64,000 bases of DNA from a virus. A program made the translations under genes and the position numbers. Every line of letters begins with the position of its first letter. The first letter of the stretch is position 1. Below, one piece after another: positions 10,370-25,300 of this stretch. The stretch is from the IMG/VR virus record IMGVR_UViG_3300047552_001072, positions 12,954 to 76,953 of that record, one strand, 5' to 3'. The notes under the pieces were generated by a model, which was not told the DNA's origin, did no database searches, and worked only from the letters and a program-made list of their open reading frames with translations.

Positions 10370-13300
10370 ATGGCAGGACCAAACAAACCACTTCCAAAAC
10401 CAGAGCCCTACTTAAAAGGTAGAACCTGGATAGTGCCAAGATCAAGAGTAGTTCTTGATATGATGGAAGAGCATGGTACAAAAGACCCTAATGATGCGGA
10501 AAGATGGTCGAATCTGTTGCAAAGAGACCCAGCATACGAAAGTGATGTTGCGCCTACTATGCGAGAGGGTAATGAGTATACAGCGGAAGATTTCTCCGAT
10601 CTTCTTACAACAGAACAAAAAGCTTATGGCTTTAGAGGAGATAGAAGTTACTTAGAAGAGCAAAGAGCTCAAGATCAAAGTAACATAGGCAGATTAATGA
10701 GTGGAGTAGGTAGATTTATTCCAGGTACTCTTATTAAAACTGCACAAGGTATTAATACATCAGCATCATGGTTATATGATTCCTATAATTATTATTTAGG
10801 TTCAGGGGAAGACACTAAAACTAGATTTACTGGAACAAGTACACAAGCATTAGATGATGCTCAAAAAGCAGTTAATGAATTCTTTCCTGTATTTCAAAGA
10901 CAGTCTTATAAAGATTCTGGATTGTTAGGAACATTAACTAGTTCAGAATTTTGGGCTGAAGATATGAATGAAGGAGTTCAATTCTTAGCTTCAATGGGGC
11001 TGACTGGAAATGTACTTACAAAAGTACTGGGTGCAGGTAAACTTGGAACAACAGGTGCAGCTGTATTGCCAGCAATAGCAGAGGCAGGAGTAGAATCTAA
11101 AGGTACATATGAAGCAATTAAGGCTTCATTGCCTGGTGAGAAAAACCCTCGTACTGGAAAAGAGTTTACTGGTGAGGAAATTGAACAGTTGGCAACAGAG
11201 GCAGCTAATAGAGTATTTAATGCTAACGTTGCATTGCATTCAGTTACTAATGGTATTCAATTATTTACCTTATCTAACTCTGCTTTTACAAAGAACATAG
11301 ATAGAATAAGAAAAGATATTGTTGCAGGTAAGACAAGTGCAGAAACAATTAAAGCAGGTAGAAGTGCCTTAGCTAATGGTTCTCTTGCTGCTATATCTGA
11401 GGGTTTTGGTGAGGAAAATATTCAAACATCTATAAGTATGTTTGAGGAAGATCTAGCTAAAGAAGGTATATCTGAATTTGATGGTACAGGTTATTTTAAT
11501 AAATGGCTTGATGGTGTAGTAGGATTTGGTAAAGCAGCTTTAGGTCAAGATATATCTCAAGATCAAAAAGAACAAATGAAAGCTATCTTAGCAGGTAGTT
11601 TAATTGGTGGTGCTCCAGGTGCTGTATCAGGATATAAAGAAGCAGGAAAACAAAAGGTATTATACGAAACATTAAATGAAGACTTTAAGCGTTTTGTAAA
11701 AGATCATGATATTGCAGGAAAGAATTTCTTTGGGGATAGAAACTCAGTCTATAAACAATTTGAAACAGAAGTAGATGAACTAGATTCTGAAGGTAAACCT
11801 ACAGGAAAGAAAGTTATTAAGAAAGGAATTATCAATCCAATTACAAATGAACCTGAAATAGATTTGGATGTAGCTAGAAAAATGTGGTATCAAACTGTCT
11901 GGGATAAGAAAGTATTTGATAGACAAATAGCTCTTACAATGGATGGTGATTCTCGTCTAGGTACATTTAATAAACATATTGCATTAGCTGGATTAGCTTA
12001 TCAATATGATAAATTATATACCTCTGATGGTTGGAGTAAAGTAGGTGAAAAGGCTTTAGAAGAAAGATTAAACAAAGAACCTAATCAAGAGTTAACTGAA
12101 GATGAAAGAAAAGAACTTACTCAAATGAAGAGTCAAGTTAAATCTTATCAAGATCTTTGGAAAACAATTAACTCTAAATACACATCTAAAGACGAGTTGT
12201 CTACTGATAAAGAAGTGGCTGGATTTGCTAAACATTTTAAAGATGTAATGTTTTATGAGCATGTTAAATTACGTGCTTATGAAGATATGAAGACTAATCA
12301 AAATTTGAGTAAGAAAGATCTAGAATCATTAGATACTATGATTGAGGATACTCAAAACTTTATTGAGAAGTTAGAAAATGAGAGAAGTTCTTTTAAAGAG
12401 TTTTACACCCAACAATTGAATCCAGTACTAGGTCAAGTTGAAAAGATTCAAGCATTACAATCTCAAATAGATAAATCAGAAGATCCTCAAAGAACTGTAG
12501 AGTTAATGAATGAGAAACTTAATGAAGAATTTATCTTAGGCGAGACTCAATATATTAATAGTGAATTTAATACAGCAACAACCTCTACAGCTAGACAAGA
12601 TGCTTCTAAATTAAAGTTTGGTTCAAGAGATAATGTTCTTTATGAGATGGGAATGTCTTATAAGACAGAACTTGATATTAAAGAAAGAGTAGAAGATTTA
12701 CAAAGCTTAAAAGAAACTTTAGATAAATCAAAAGCAGAGAATGGTTATGATCAACAGTTAGAAGATGACTATAGTAAGAAACAAGCAGACTTATTAAACT
12801 TCTTTTCATCTAAGAAAGGAGTTGTTAATGAAGAGACTGCTAACTTAGTTCAACAAGTTATTGAGGAAATCAATTCAGATAATAAATTATTATCAGAACA
12901 AATTAATGAATTAAAAAATAACTATCAAAATTCTATTAATGAAATAGCTAGAATTGAAGAAACTAGTGACGTTGATAAAGGAGCAGCAGATAGAATCAAC
13001 GATACATTAGATTCATTATATGATACCCTAGCACCTATAGCTGATCAGAATGAAGAAGTATCTAGAATATTAGAACTTAATTCGGATGCTACTCAAAGGA
13101 ATAAGCAAGATATGCTTAGTGCATTAGCACAGGCTATTCAAGATAACGGAGAAACTAATCCAGATGAATTAGAGAATGCATTAGATAGTGCTATTGATAG
13201 AGCAGGTGGAGAGTATATCCAAGATTCATTAGACAAAAAATTTGAATATTTATCTCAACTATTAGAACAAGAAGCTACTATTGATCCTGAAACTAATAGA

Positions 13301-16300
13301 CAAATACAAGTTGAAGTTGCTAAACAAAATACTTTAGATCAAGAAATTCAATCTAAAGAAAAACAGTTACAAGCTAAACAAGCTTTGACTAAAGATTCTA
13401 TTAATAGAGCTTATACTAATTTAGATAAAGGAGTTAATAATAGAGATAATATTATACGTGATAAAGTTAGTAGCCGTTTACATAAAAATAATTCTTATGG
13501 TAGAATTGATCATTCTTTACGAATAGAATATACTGAGAATTATTTAGATCAAGTAGATGCACAACAGCAAGCATACGAAGCTGATAAAAGTTTTTATAAT
13601 GAATTAGATACATTAAATAAACTTAAATCAACTTTATTATCTGCAGAGGCTGTATGGGTTAGTAGAGCAGAAGTTGTATGGAGCAGTCCAGAAAATAATT
13701 CTATAGTTAAATCTATAGAAGAAGCATTAGATAAATTAGATCAACTAATTGCAGTATCTAAAGAGAATGCAGGTACTAGAGAAAAGATGCTTAAAGAATT
13801 TGAGACTAAAGAAGCTGATCAACTATTGGATTCTATAGGATTAAATCCTGATAGTAGTGTTAAAGATGATTTAATGTTTTCAATGATATTAGAAGTAGTA
13901 CCAAATGCTACAGAGATTATTGATGCAGCCAAATCAAACATAGAAAAATCAGCAGCAGTTAGAGTTGTTATTGATTTATTTAAAATGAATTCTTCTGATG
14001 TTCAAAAGGAAAGAATAAAGGAGAAATTAGAAAACGATAGAAAAGTAAAAGTTGCACAGATTGAGAAAGAACTATCTATTCAAGAAGTACTTTCTAGTCA
14101 AGCATATTACACAACACCTGTAGGTTTATTTAGAGATGTATTAATGGCTAAGGCTATTGAGATTCTTAAAGTAAAGTATACAGGAGAAAAAGAAGGTAAG
14201 AATCCTTTATTTATATTTGCAGAAACAGCAGACTTAAATGAATTAGAAAAAAATATATCTAATTCTAAAGAACTAAATAATTCTGATAAAGATCAAATTA
14301 ACACATTAATTAGATTACATAAAGAATACTTATCAATATTTAATACAGTTACTTTATTTAACTCATCTGACTTGTTTTATAAAAATCATGAACAAGAAAC
14401 AAAGATATTAAATGAATTATCTGATAAAAAAATATTTGAGGTTCCTACAAGTGAACAATTACCAATCATTAGAACATTATTAAGATTTCTTAAAATACCT
14501 GTAAGTGGACAAGATAGAGGATCACTTAGTTCTATGTGGTCATTCTTAGCTGGACCAGCAGGTGCAGGTAAAACAAGAATTGTACTTAGTTGGTTAAGTA
14601 AGCTTTATGGAGTACCTAAAGAAAAGATTTATGCTTTCTCACATAATGATAGTACTAGTCAAGGTATTGCAGACTCTATTAATGGTAAGAAAGGTTCTGC
14701 TTCAGAATTTATGACTACTCTAGAATTAGATAAGTTTGATCTTATAGTAATAGATGAGTTACCATTCTTTATGAATCCTCAAATAAAAGAATTTGAACAA
14801 AGAGTATTTGAACATAACAAAACAAGAAAAGATAATCCACTTAGAGTAGTTGCTTTAGGTGACCCAGGACAAATTAGAAAAGATAGAGGAGCTACAATAT
14901 CTACTCACTCTGTTCTAACTAATATGAATTATTCTGATCCATTGGTATTAACCTTTAGATCTAATGTTCCTTCTATTGTAAACTTGATGAATCAATTTAG
15001 AAGAAGAACATCAATAGTTAGTGGATTAAAAGTACAGTCTAATGTAATATTTGGTACCAAATTTGATACGAAAGAGCCTACGATAGGTGTACATGCAGGT
15101 AAAGTAAAAGATGAGCTTATTGCCGCTTTAAATGCGAATAAAGATTCAGGTAGATCTAAGGTTATTGTTGTTAATACACAAGAAGATAAACTTAAATATA
15201 CAAGTGCAGTTGAGAAAACCCCAGTACTAACATATGATGAAGTACAAGGTATGACATTTGATGAAGTATATGTAGACCTTCAAAGAACAGGAAAAGATCT
15301 TAGAGGAGAGGTATTCTCTAATAAGAAAAATGATTTAGAATTTAATACAGCCATGTATACAGCAGTATCACGTGCGAGAAACTATGTATTCGTATTAGAT
15401 CCTACAATGGAAAACTTATTTCCTGATAAAGCTTTAGCAGTTGATACTAATAAATTATCTGAACAAAGTAGAGATAACTTTGAGAAGTTAGGTCATAGAT
15501 TAGATACTGAAAGACAATTAATATCTAAATATATTAAAGAATACAAACCTGAAGATATTAAGAAAGAGAAACCTAAAGATGAAAAACATTTAGATACTGG
15601 AGATAATATTGAAATAGAAGAAGATCCAGATGGAGAAATTACTCCTGAATTAGGTGTTGATCCAGTAGAAACTATTGGAGTAAAACAATCTGATACAGAT
15701 CCAGATTCTGACTTAATGACTCAAGAAGAAGAAATTAGAGACATTAAAGAAGAGGCTAAAGGAGATAATGTTAAAGGTACTATTATTACTCCACCTATAT
15801 TAGATGATACTGTTATTGATAAGGACGGTAATTTCTTTTATAAGATATTATACCCAACTAATTCTCAACTTAAAAAGAATCCTAAAACTAAAGTACCTGA
15901 TGTATTGCCTCAAGGTGTAACATTATCAAATGGGGTTATTACAGATTCAAGTCCAGTAGTGATGGCTGTTACCTATGATGGATCTATACTGGTACTAGGT
16001 CAAGTACAACAAAATGGTGTATTCACTAATAGATGGAAACAACTAGGAGTAATATCTGAAAAAGATAAAGAAAGTACATTCTATCAAAAGTTTGCTAGAG
16101 ATAATGAATATAAAGCTACTAAAAATGGAGATTATATTAGATATAATGAAGATACTGGAGAGCTAATGAATATTAGTCCTGTGTATGATTCTAATGGAAG
16201 ATACGTATCTAATGGAGGAAATAATGCTTTTATACTCTCTGGTACAATTATTGAATCTAATCCTGTAACTTATACATTCAAGGAAGAACCTACACATAAA

Positions 16301-19300
16301 GGTTTTATTAATGAAGTATTAGATAAATTTAGAAAAGGATTTAATGTTAAAGGAGTTAAGTATTCTATTAAAATATATGATAGAAAAACTTTAGCAGATG
16401 ATACTGAAGTTCAAGCTTCAGGATTTAGACCTAAACCAGGTGTTCCTTATTTAGTTATAAGTAATCCTAAAGGCGATGGTCAAGTAGAAACAAGAACTCA
16501 ATTTATTAGATTAACTCCTAGAAAACTAAATAAAGGAGATATATCTGAGAATGGATTCTTACATCCTCTAAGAAAGTTATATGAAGCTGTAAGAGAGTTA
16601 GGTACTCAAATATATCCTGATAATCCGAATAAGGTACTAGGTAATACTGTAGTCAATAGCTTAATCATGAAAATGGCTAATGCTAAAGATAATAAGGGTG
16701 AAAGAGCATTTCAATTAAATGAAGATGGTAAAGTAATTCTTAATAGACATATTTACACTTATAAAGATTATTTAGATGGAGTATCTAAGGGTTATAAAGA
16801 ATTTGTAGGAGAAGGAGCTGATAAGATATCTGAAGAACAATTTGATAAAATTAAATTAGCTGCAGAAAAAATTATTCCTTTATACTATGGCAAACGATAT
16901 AAGAAAGTTGAATTAACATTTGATACAATAGAAGAAGCTACTCAGTACGCAGAGTCAATTAAAGACTCAGGTAAAATATTGTTTAAAGCTAAAATAGATG
17001 AAGACAGTAAACATCCTGACAATCTCTATTATGTTAAACATGTTAAACAAAGTAAGAATGATAAAGATGTATTTGATGTAGAAATGTATCTTGCTGCTGG
17101 TGCTGGAGAAGCTCAGAAAGTAATGAATCAACTAGCTCAAGCAAATACACAATTTAAGTTTAGAAAGATTGTAACTAAGGATAAGAAGAAGATTGCTACT
17201 TCAAAATCTATTATGTCTACTTCATTATCTAAAGAAGCCTATAGAAATTCATTAGCTAAAATTCTTGAAGATGTTTATAAAGATAAACAAACTAAGAATG
17301 GGGAAGCTATTGATCAAAAAGTAATAAACAAACTTAGAGGAGGTAGTTTAAAATATCTTGAGAATTATATTCAAAAGAGGGGAATAGACAGAGCTTCATT
17401 AGATGTTTTAATGAATGAAGAAGCAATTCATCCTATTACTTTAGCAGACTTAGAGACTGTAGTAGGAGATACAGCATTTAAAGATAATGAACATAGATTT
17501 GTAGAAGGAGGATATCTCGCTTTACCTTTAGGTATGATTTCAGTTAACTATCATGGAGCTAACTTAGATAAACAAGAAAGTGTAGATAAGATAGAATCGA
17601 TGATGGGTTCTAAATTAGATGAAGTTAAAGGTGGTACTGTTGTTATTGGTAAGATAGGTGACACCATTAGTACTAAAAAAGAAATAGTAGAAGAAAAACC
17701 TTTACAAGAAACATCTTTTAGATCTTCAGAAAGAGAAATTACAGAATATGATAATTCAATAGAAAGATTAACTAATAATATTAATGAAGTTAATTCTACA
17801 GAAGATGAAGGAGAATTAAGTAATAAGTTTAGTCAATATGAAAAAGAATTAAATGAATTAAGAGATATTGATACTATTACTTATAATGAAATACTTGAAT
17901 TACAAAACCAAGGAAAAAATAAAGAAGCTTTAGATCAATTACTTAATTCTATTAAGAATCTTAGAGAAAATGAAGTTGTAGTTGATTTAGAACCTGAAGT
18001 TATTCAAGAGTCAGAATTAACTCAAGAAGAGTTTGTATATGATGATAATAAATACTTTATAAAAGATAATAAATTTTATAGAGAAGATAGTCTATTGGAT
18101 TCTATTGAAGAGATTACAGAAGAAGAATATAATGCTGCTAAGATAGATAAAGATCGTAGATACTTTACTGTAGAAGATACTCAAGATCTAGGAAAAGAAT
18201 TAACAATAGATGAAGCTGTTAAAGTAGCTAAGAAGATACTACCTAAATTAAAAATAGGTAACCAAAGCTGGTTAAAGGCTAAGTTATTCTCATTCTTAAA
18301 TATACCAATATCTAATGAAGTTGAATTAAAATTCTTAGATAAATTAGAATTCGAAGCTATATCAGGAAGAAAAGATTCACTTGGTATTTATATTGATGGC
18401 ACTATCTATTTATTAAAAGATAATAAAGGTGGTATTAGAGAAGGTGTGTTACGACATGAGTTAATGCATAAAGTATACTGGGAATATCTAACAGCTAGAG
18501 ATAGATCTGCTATTAGACGTTCTGCTCGTAGATCTGACCCTAGTACTGAGAAAATGAGTACCGTCGAGTTTGAAGAATGGTTATCGAATAGATTTATGTC
18601 TTACAAAGATAATCAATTCAATGAACAAGGTAGAATAAAACAATTCTTTTCAAATATATATAGACTTCTTAAATTCATTACAGGAAATGTAACTGAAATT
18701 AATGATTTATTTAACTTAGTTGATAAAGGATACTATAGAAAAAATATGGCTGACTTCTCAAGAAGTATCAGACGTAATTATGTAGATATAAAAAATAACT
18801 TTGAAAGTGCTGCAATATTTAAAGAATCAGTATTTGCTGTTCAATCACACTTCTCTTCTTTACTAGACATTAATCCAAAAGATCCTAATAAGAAAGTATA
18901 TACGTATAATGAAGCGTATCATGCTACCAAGGATTCTATGCTTAACTTAAAGAATAGAAAAGAAAAAGACTTGGTTAAATATAACGAAGCTCTTCAAAAA
19001 GCTATTACAGATAATGATGCAGATAAACAACAAAAAATCTTAGCAGCTATTGAAAAGCTTGAAAAAGATTTAGTTGTATTTAGAACTCTATTTGATGGAA
19101 AAAGTAATAAGAACTATGACATAGTAACTTTATATTTATTCCCTGATGGATTTACTAAACAACATTATTCATCTATCAAAAGAAAAATATCTGAAGAAGA
19201 TATTAATGATATAATAGAACTTGACTCAGAAACATTATCAGATGATTTAGAGATTGTTAACTTAAATGATGTTATTGCAGAATCTAAGCATATAGATAAT

Positions 19301-22300
19301 GAGGCTAAACAAAGTAGTGCAGTTAAATTATTACTATCTAATATCAAAGATCCTGCAACAGGAGAATGGATTATTCCCCGTGTAGCTTTTGCTAAATGTT
19401 TGAAATTTATGGAATCTATTTCTTTTGAAGTAGAAGTTATTAAAGACAAAACAGGAGCAATTAGAAAAGTAGGATTCTTACAAAGATTTAAAGAGTCTAT
19501 TGCTAAGTCAGCAGGATTAGATAGTAAAGCAGATATTTCTGGAGCAGGAGCTATATATTTAGTTTATAAAAAAATTAAAGAATACTATGAGTCAGCTTTA
19601 ATGCCAGAGTATAATGATTATAATGGAACTACATTTACTCAAAAAAGAAGATTGCCAAAAGGTATATTCTTTTTAAATCCTGATGTACTTATAGTAGCAA
19701 GAGATTTTACTGAAGATGTAGATTATAAAGGATTAACATATGATCAACTAAATGCCAAAGTAGTACAAGGTAAGGTATTTGTTTTCCATAGAAAAGATGC
19801 TGAACAATTACTTATTAAAAACTCTCTTGAAGCAGATAAGAAAAAAGTAAATGTAAGTACTGAAAAAGTTGTAGAAGCTTTTGAAGCCATTATAAGAAGT
19901 AAAATTAACCAAGGATTAATTAAAGGATTTCCAGAGAATGCTAATAACTTAGCTAGAATTTCTATGATTAGAGAAGCTTGGAGATCTGAACAATCTAAAA
20001 ATGCTTTAGCAGAATTCTACAGTTTATTCTCATCTATGATGGAAGACCACATGATGTTAGCTAAGTATGATGTATTTGAAAATAGAACAACGTATATAAG
20101 AGCAGGTGCTAATTCAAATTCATTATCTGTTAAATCAGATATTGAACAAGGTATTATCAGTAAGATAACTTTGATAGCTGAGGGGTTAAAAGGAGATTAT
20201 CAGAAAGCATATAAAGCTTTTATTGGAGGCACACCTGGAAAAGGTCACATGACTTGGAGTGAGATAGAATCTAAATTAAGTAGTACTTCATCTAGTGATG
20301 CTGTTCAAGGAATAAAAGATTTTCTTAACTTTATTGGTATTGTTATTAACGCTAATGAATTAAGTCTAAAAGATCCATTTAAAACAGCTGAAGACATTAA
20401 GTTTTTTGTAGAAGAACATATGTCAACTGTAGGTACATTTAAACCTGCACCGATAAACTCTATTCCTAAAGAAGAGAAAGATGCGCTGTCTGATGATGAG
20501 ATTGCAGAATTATCTGTTCAACAAGAGATAACTATTTATGATGTCATAGAAGAACAAGGTTCTTTGATAGGAAGATTAGCAACTGACATCTCATCTAGTA
20601 CTCGGTGGGTTAGACCAAATTCTGTAAAAGATAGTTCTAAAAATACAGTATTCTTATTTCATAACTCTACTCAAGCTAATGATACTTTAATAGCTGTAGC
20701 TAAAGTATTTAAAGAAAGATTTAAAGGCGGTGGTGGAACATTGCGTAATGTTAAGTTACCTGAATATCTAAAACATAAAATCTATACTAAAGGTAATATC
20801 TTTGCTAAAGGCATTAACCATATTCACGATACCTATGAACATGATGGTACAATAGATGTAGTAAATGATAAGGCTACCTCTTACATGAGAGAATCTAAAT
20901 CTAAGTTTTTCTCAAGAGTACTTAATGCTAGTATGGCATTTATGATTAACGGTTCTAGAGAAGGTAATCCAAGATATATTCAATGGGTATACACTATTTC
21001 TAATAAACCAAGGATTACAGGTGCGGGAGTTGATTTTCTTTCTCCTAAACAAATTAAAGAAGCCTTAGGTACATATTTAATAAAAGTAAGTTTAAGACCT
21101 GATTTAAGTAATTTAATTAAAAATCATAAGAAGTATAAAAATACTAATTTTGAAATATTAGATACTGTACTAGGTGGAAACTCTAATATGGCAGATGCTA
21201 TATCGAAAGCGGTTATTAATGAAACACTAACTAAATATGGGGAGGAGTTAGTTAATGAAATGTACGATGAATTAACAAAACTATCTAGAGAATTTGCAGA
21301 AGAATTAGCTTATGATCAATTTAAGTTTGATGCTAGGTTTATGAAAGCACATAAAAAACTTAAAGCAGAAGGTAAGTTGGATTCTAATATACCTGGTACA
21401 TTAAAAGTGGACCATAAAGATGAGGTTAAGAATTTTGATGCATCAAGAAAATATAATCACACTGTAGATGAGATTCATGGTACAGTAGATATGATGTTTA
21501 AGAATATGTATGTTAACTCATACTTTTTAGTAGATTTATTAGCAGGTGATGCAAGTTTCTTTAGTAATGCTTTAGATTTGGTTAAACGTATGTCAGGGGT
21601 ATTTGCTCCAGGTATGAAAGGTTTAGTACACCCAGAACTTGGTATGAAGAAAAAATATCGTACTGCATGTATATCTGATATAGTAGAAGGTAAAGATTCA
21701 ATAGCTGAATCAGTATCTATGATGCTTCTTAATAAACCATATACTGAACTTAATTCAGATCAATTAAAAGAAGTTGATAAAATATTAGCTTTATTTGGTA
21801 GTAGTTATAAACCTACAGATGGTCAGGCATTTATGTTACCTGAAATGGCTGCTGAAATTGAAAAAGGTTTTGGTAGAGCATTTAAAGCAGGACATATCTT
21901 TAAAGCAGCTCATTATGAGAATGCTACAAAGAAAATAACTGATCCTGACGGTAATGAAATAGAAGTTCTTATTCCAGTAATGGATAAATATTCTATTGTA
22001 AATTTATCTGATGATCTTTGTAATAGATTTCCTTTATTAGGAAATTTAAGAAGAAATATGCGAATGAATGGTAAAGGTCAAGAGCCTATATATTTAGTAA
22101 CATTTGCTTCTGCTAGAAAAGTTGGAGGACCAGTTAAACCTACTGATAGTAAACAATTACTACAAGATAATGGAACATTTACTAAAGATTCAATTATAGA
22201 ATTGAGTTTTGAGAATCTTCGTATGCAATCTAATCCTGATCATATCACTTTTGATAGTGAGAAAGGAGTAGCTAATCCATCTCAGTTGGGTTATATGATT

Positions 22301-25300
22301 TTGTTACAACAACATCTATTAGCAGAAGGAGATAGAACAGCAAAAGTAATTCATGAGTATACTGCAAAATTAATTGAAAAAGGTTTAGGTAAATTTAAAA
22401 GAAGAATAACTGATGAAGATGGTAAGCTATCTTTAACTAAGTTATCTAAATATATATTTGAAGCAATGTCTGGAAAAGGTAATGAACGTTATCAAGAACT
22501 TCTTGGTGAAGGTGTTTCATTCCAAGCTCCTTATATTGTTAATAAAGCATTAACACAAATAGCTGCAGACGTAACTAAATCTTCTGTAGGATTCAGATTA
22601 CCTGGTGAAAAGCTTATTTTACAAACAGACTTTGGTATTGAAGTAAATAAAAAGAATAAAGCTCTTAGAGAAAAATTAAAGTTTAACCAAAGTGAAGATA
22701 AAGGTCACTTAGAAGCTGAAGTAATTTTCCCTGAAGGAGTTTTACCAAGAGAAGTAGAAGACTCTATTAAAGAGATGCTTAAAACTGGAAAGAGATTCTT
22801 CACCACTTCTGATATGTTAGGTTTCCGTATTCCTTCTACAGAGTTACACTCTGCTGTAGCAATTAAGATTGCAGGATTCTATGACTCTCGAGGTACAAAT
22901 GCTATTATCGCACCTAAAGAACTTGTAGTATTACATGGATCTGACTTTGACGTTGACTCCTTGTTTATGCTTGTTAGATCTTTCTATAAACCAGAAGAAG
23001 CAGAATTATTTGGGTACGAGGCAAGTTCACCAATAGGCTATGAGTTAGTTAATAAAGAATATCATCCAATAGCTAAGGATAAATTTGAAAAGATCATATC
23101 TGAATTAAAAGAACAATATAAAGAGGATAAAAAGAAATTAAAGCTTATAGATAAAGTAGAAGATAAATATTATACCAATGTTATTACTCAAGGTTTTATA
23201 GATATGATTCTTAAACCTGAGAATAGATCTCGTATGGTCGAACCTATTAGTATGGAAATATTTAATGGTGATGGTGAAGATACTATGTTTACTATGTTAA
23301 AAGATCTTCAACAAAGACGTTATAAACATATTCATGGTGATAAAGCTACCAAAGAAGGAATAGAAGAAGCAGGTGAGGTACAACAAAGACCTGATTTAAG
23401 TAATCCTTCAGGTAATTATAAAGTATTTAAGTCGTCTATGGACGGAGCTGCACTTGTAGGTGTATTTGCTAATGGTTTTAAATCATTAGCTTATATGTTA
23501 AACTCTGGTGATTATGGTAATAATACTGTAGCAGTTAAAAAAGAACTTAAGAAATTAAAAGAAGCTAAAAAAGTACAGGAGACTTTACTGTCAAATGTTA
23601 ATGAAGAACTTCGTAAACTTGACCCTAGTACTAATCCTGAATCGGTTAAACAACGTGAGAAAAAACGTGACGAGTTATTAAGTATTCTTAAAGAAACTGA
23701 AAGAACTATAGAAGAACTTACTGCTAAATCTAAAACTTCTAAAGATGAAAAATCAACTACTCCTTTCTTAAATGTACCCGCTATTAAATTAGGTGGTAAG
23801 ATATTTGATAGAATTAGAGAATTTGAAGTAGGTAAAGACGGGTGGCCAGTATGGAGAACACTAGATGCTTTAGTTAACTCAGCGATAGATAACGTTAAAG
23901 AACAAATTCTTCCAACTATTAATGCCTCTGGATTAACCTCTAATGCTTATGTAGCTTTAATAGGACTTGGTGTTCCTTTAAGAACAACTGTACTATTAAT
24001 GAGACAACCTGCAATAGAACAAATGAGTTCTACTGGATTTAAGACTTCTGAAATCAATAAGAAAAAAGAAGCTTTAGAAGAAATGTTTAAAGCTATTTCT
24101 CAAGAAGATTTAGAATTATTACCTATATATGCTCAACAAGAACAATTAACAGATCTTGATTTAGAAGATGCTTTTATAAAAGATTTAATCGATTTTAGAG
24201 CATACGATAATGGTGATATGGATAAAGCATTTAAAGATGTTATTGATCCTGAACATTCTATTGTAAGACAGTACGCAATATTATTAGAAGTAGAAAAAGC
24301 TATGAATATTGGAGAAGATATTTCTACAATGAGTTCTGCTTTAAATATCATTAGACAATTTCCAAGTAATAAAGCAGACATGTCTACTACCCAAGAAAAA
24401 TGGGAAGAGATGTTTGATTTTAAGGAAGACGAAGTAAAAATGAGAGATTCATTCTCTTTTGATATTCCTGCATTGTTTAATAATAATCCACACATTAAAT
24501 TAGCATATGAAGCATTTAAGTACTTGGTAGATTCTATTGAAACAATGTTTCTTAAACACGATAAGGCTTTAACTAAATTAGCTACTGAAATAGTTAAGAC
24601 TTCTAATATGTCTATTGGTACTAAGAATGAAACAATAGAAACAGTTAAAAGTGACTTTGTTAAATTTATAGCTTCTGGTATTCCATTAATGGAAAAAATT
24701 AATTTAAGATTAACTAAAGAATATAGAACTGCTACAGGAGTAAAAGATTATACTACTGGAGCTGAAGCTTGGTCACAAGCATTCTTAGATAAGTTAGAAG
24801 ATGTTAAATTATTTTTAAAAGCACATAACATTTCTAATGGATTTATAGAAAATATTGCTATTAGACCAGGAAGATTTGATACAAGGTACGCACAATTTAC
24901 TGCAGGTAATAATTTGAAGTTAGAAGATTTCTTATTATTCCAAGAGGATTTTGTAAAATTAAATAGAGTAAATATAGATGATAAAGGTAATATTACATAT
25001 AGTTATACGCCTAATGTTGGTTATACAGAATTTCAACAAGACTTTGTAAGATATGCAATCTTAAACTTTGGTTTACAATTTGGATCTACAAACTATTCTA
25101 CTTCTTTACCTCCAGATATTGTTAAACCTTATATGGATGAGTTAGATGCAGAATTAAAAGAAGCATTAACTAAATTAGATGTATATAAAGAATTATTTGA
25201 AGTTCAAGAGGTAATTGAAAGAGGTAATAATGTTGGAGAAACTCGTAAGAAACCAACAAGAGTTGAAGTAGCTCAAGGTACTTGGAGAAGTGCAGCATAT

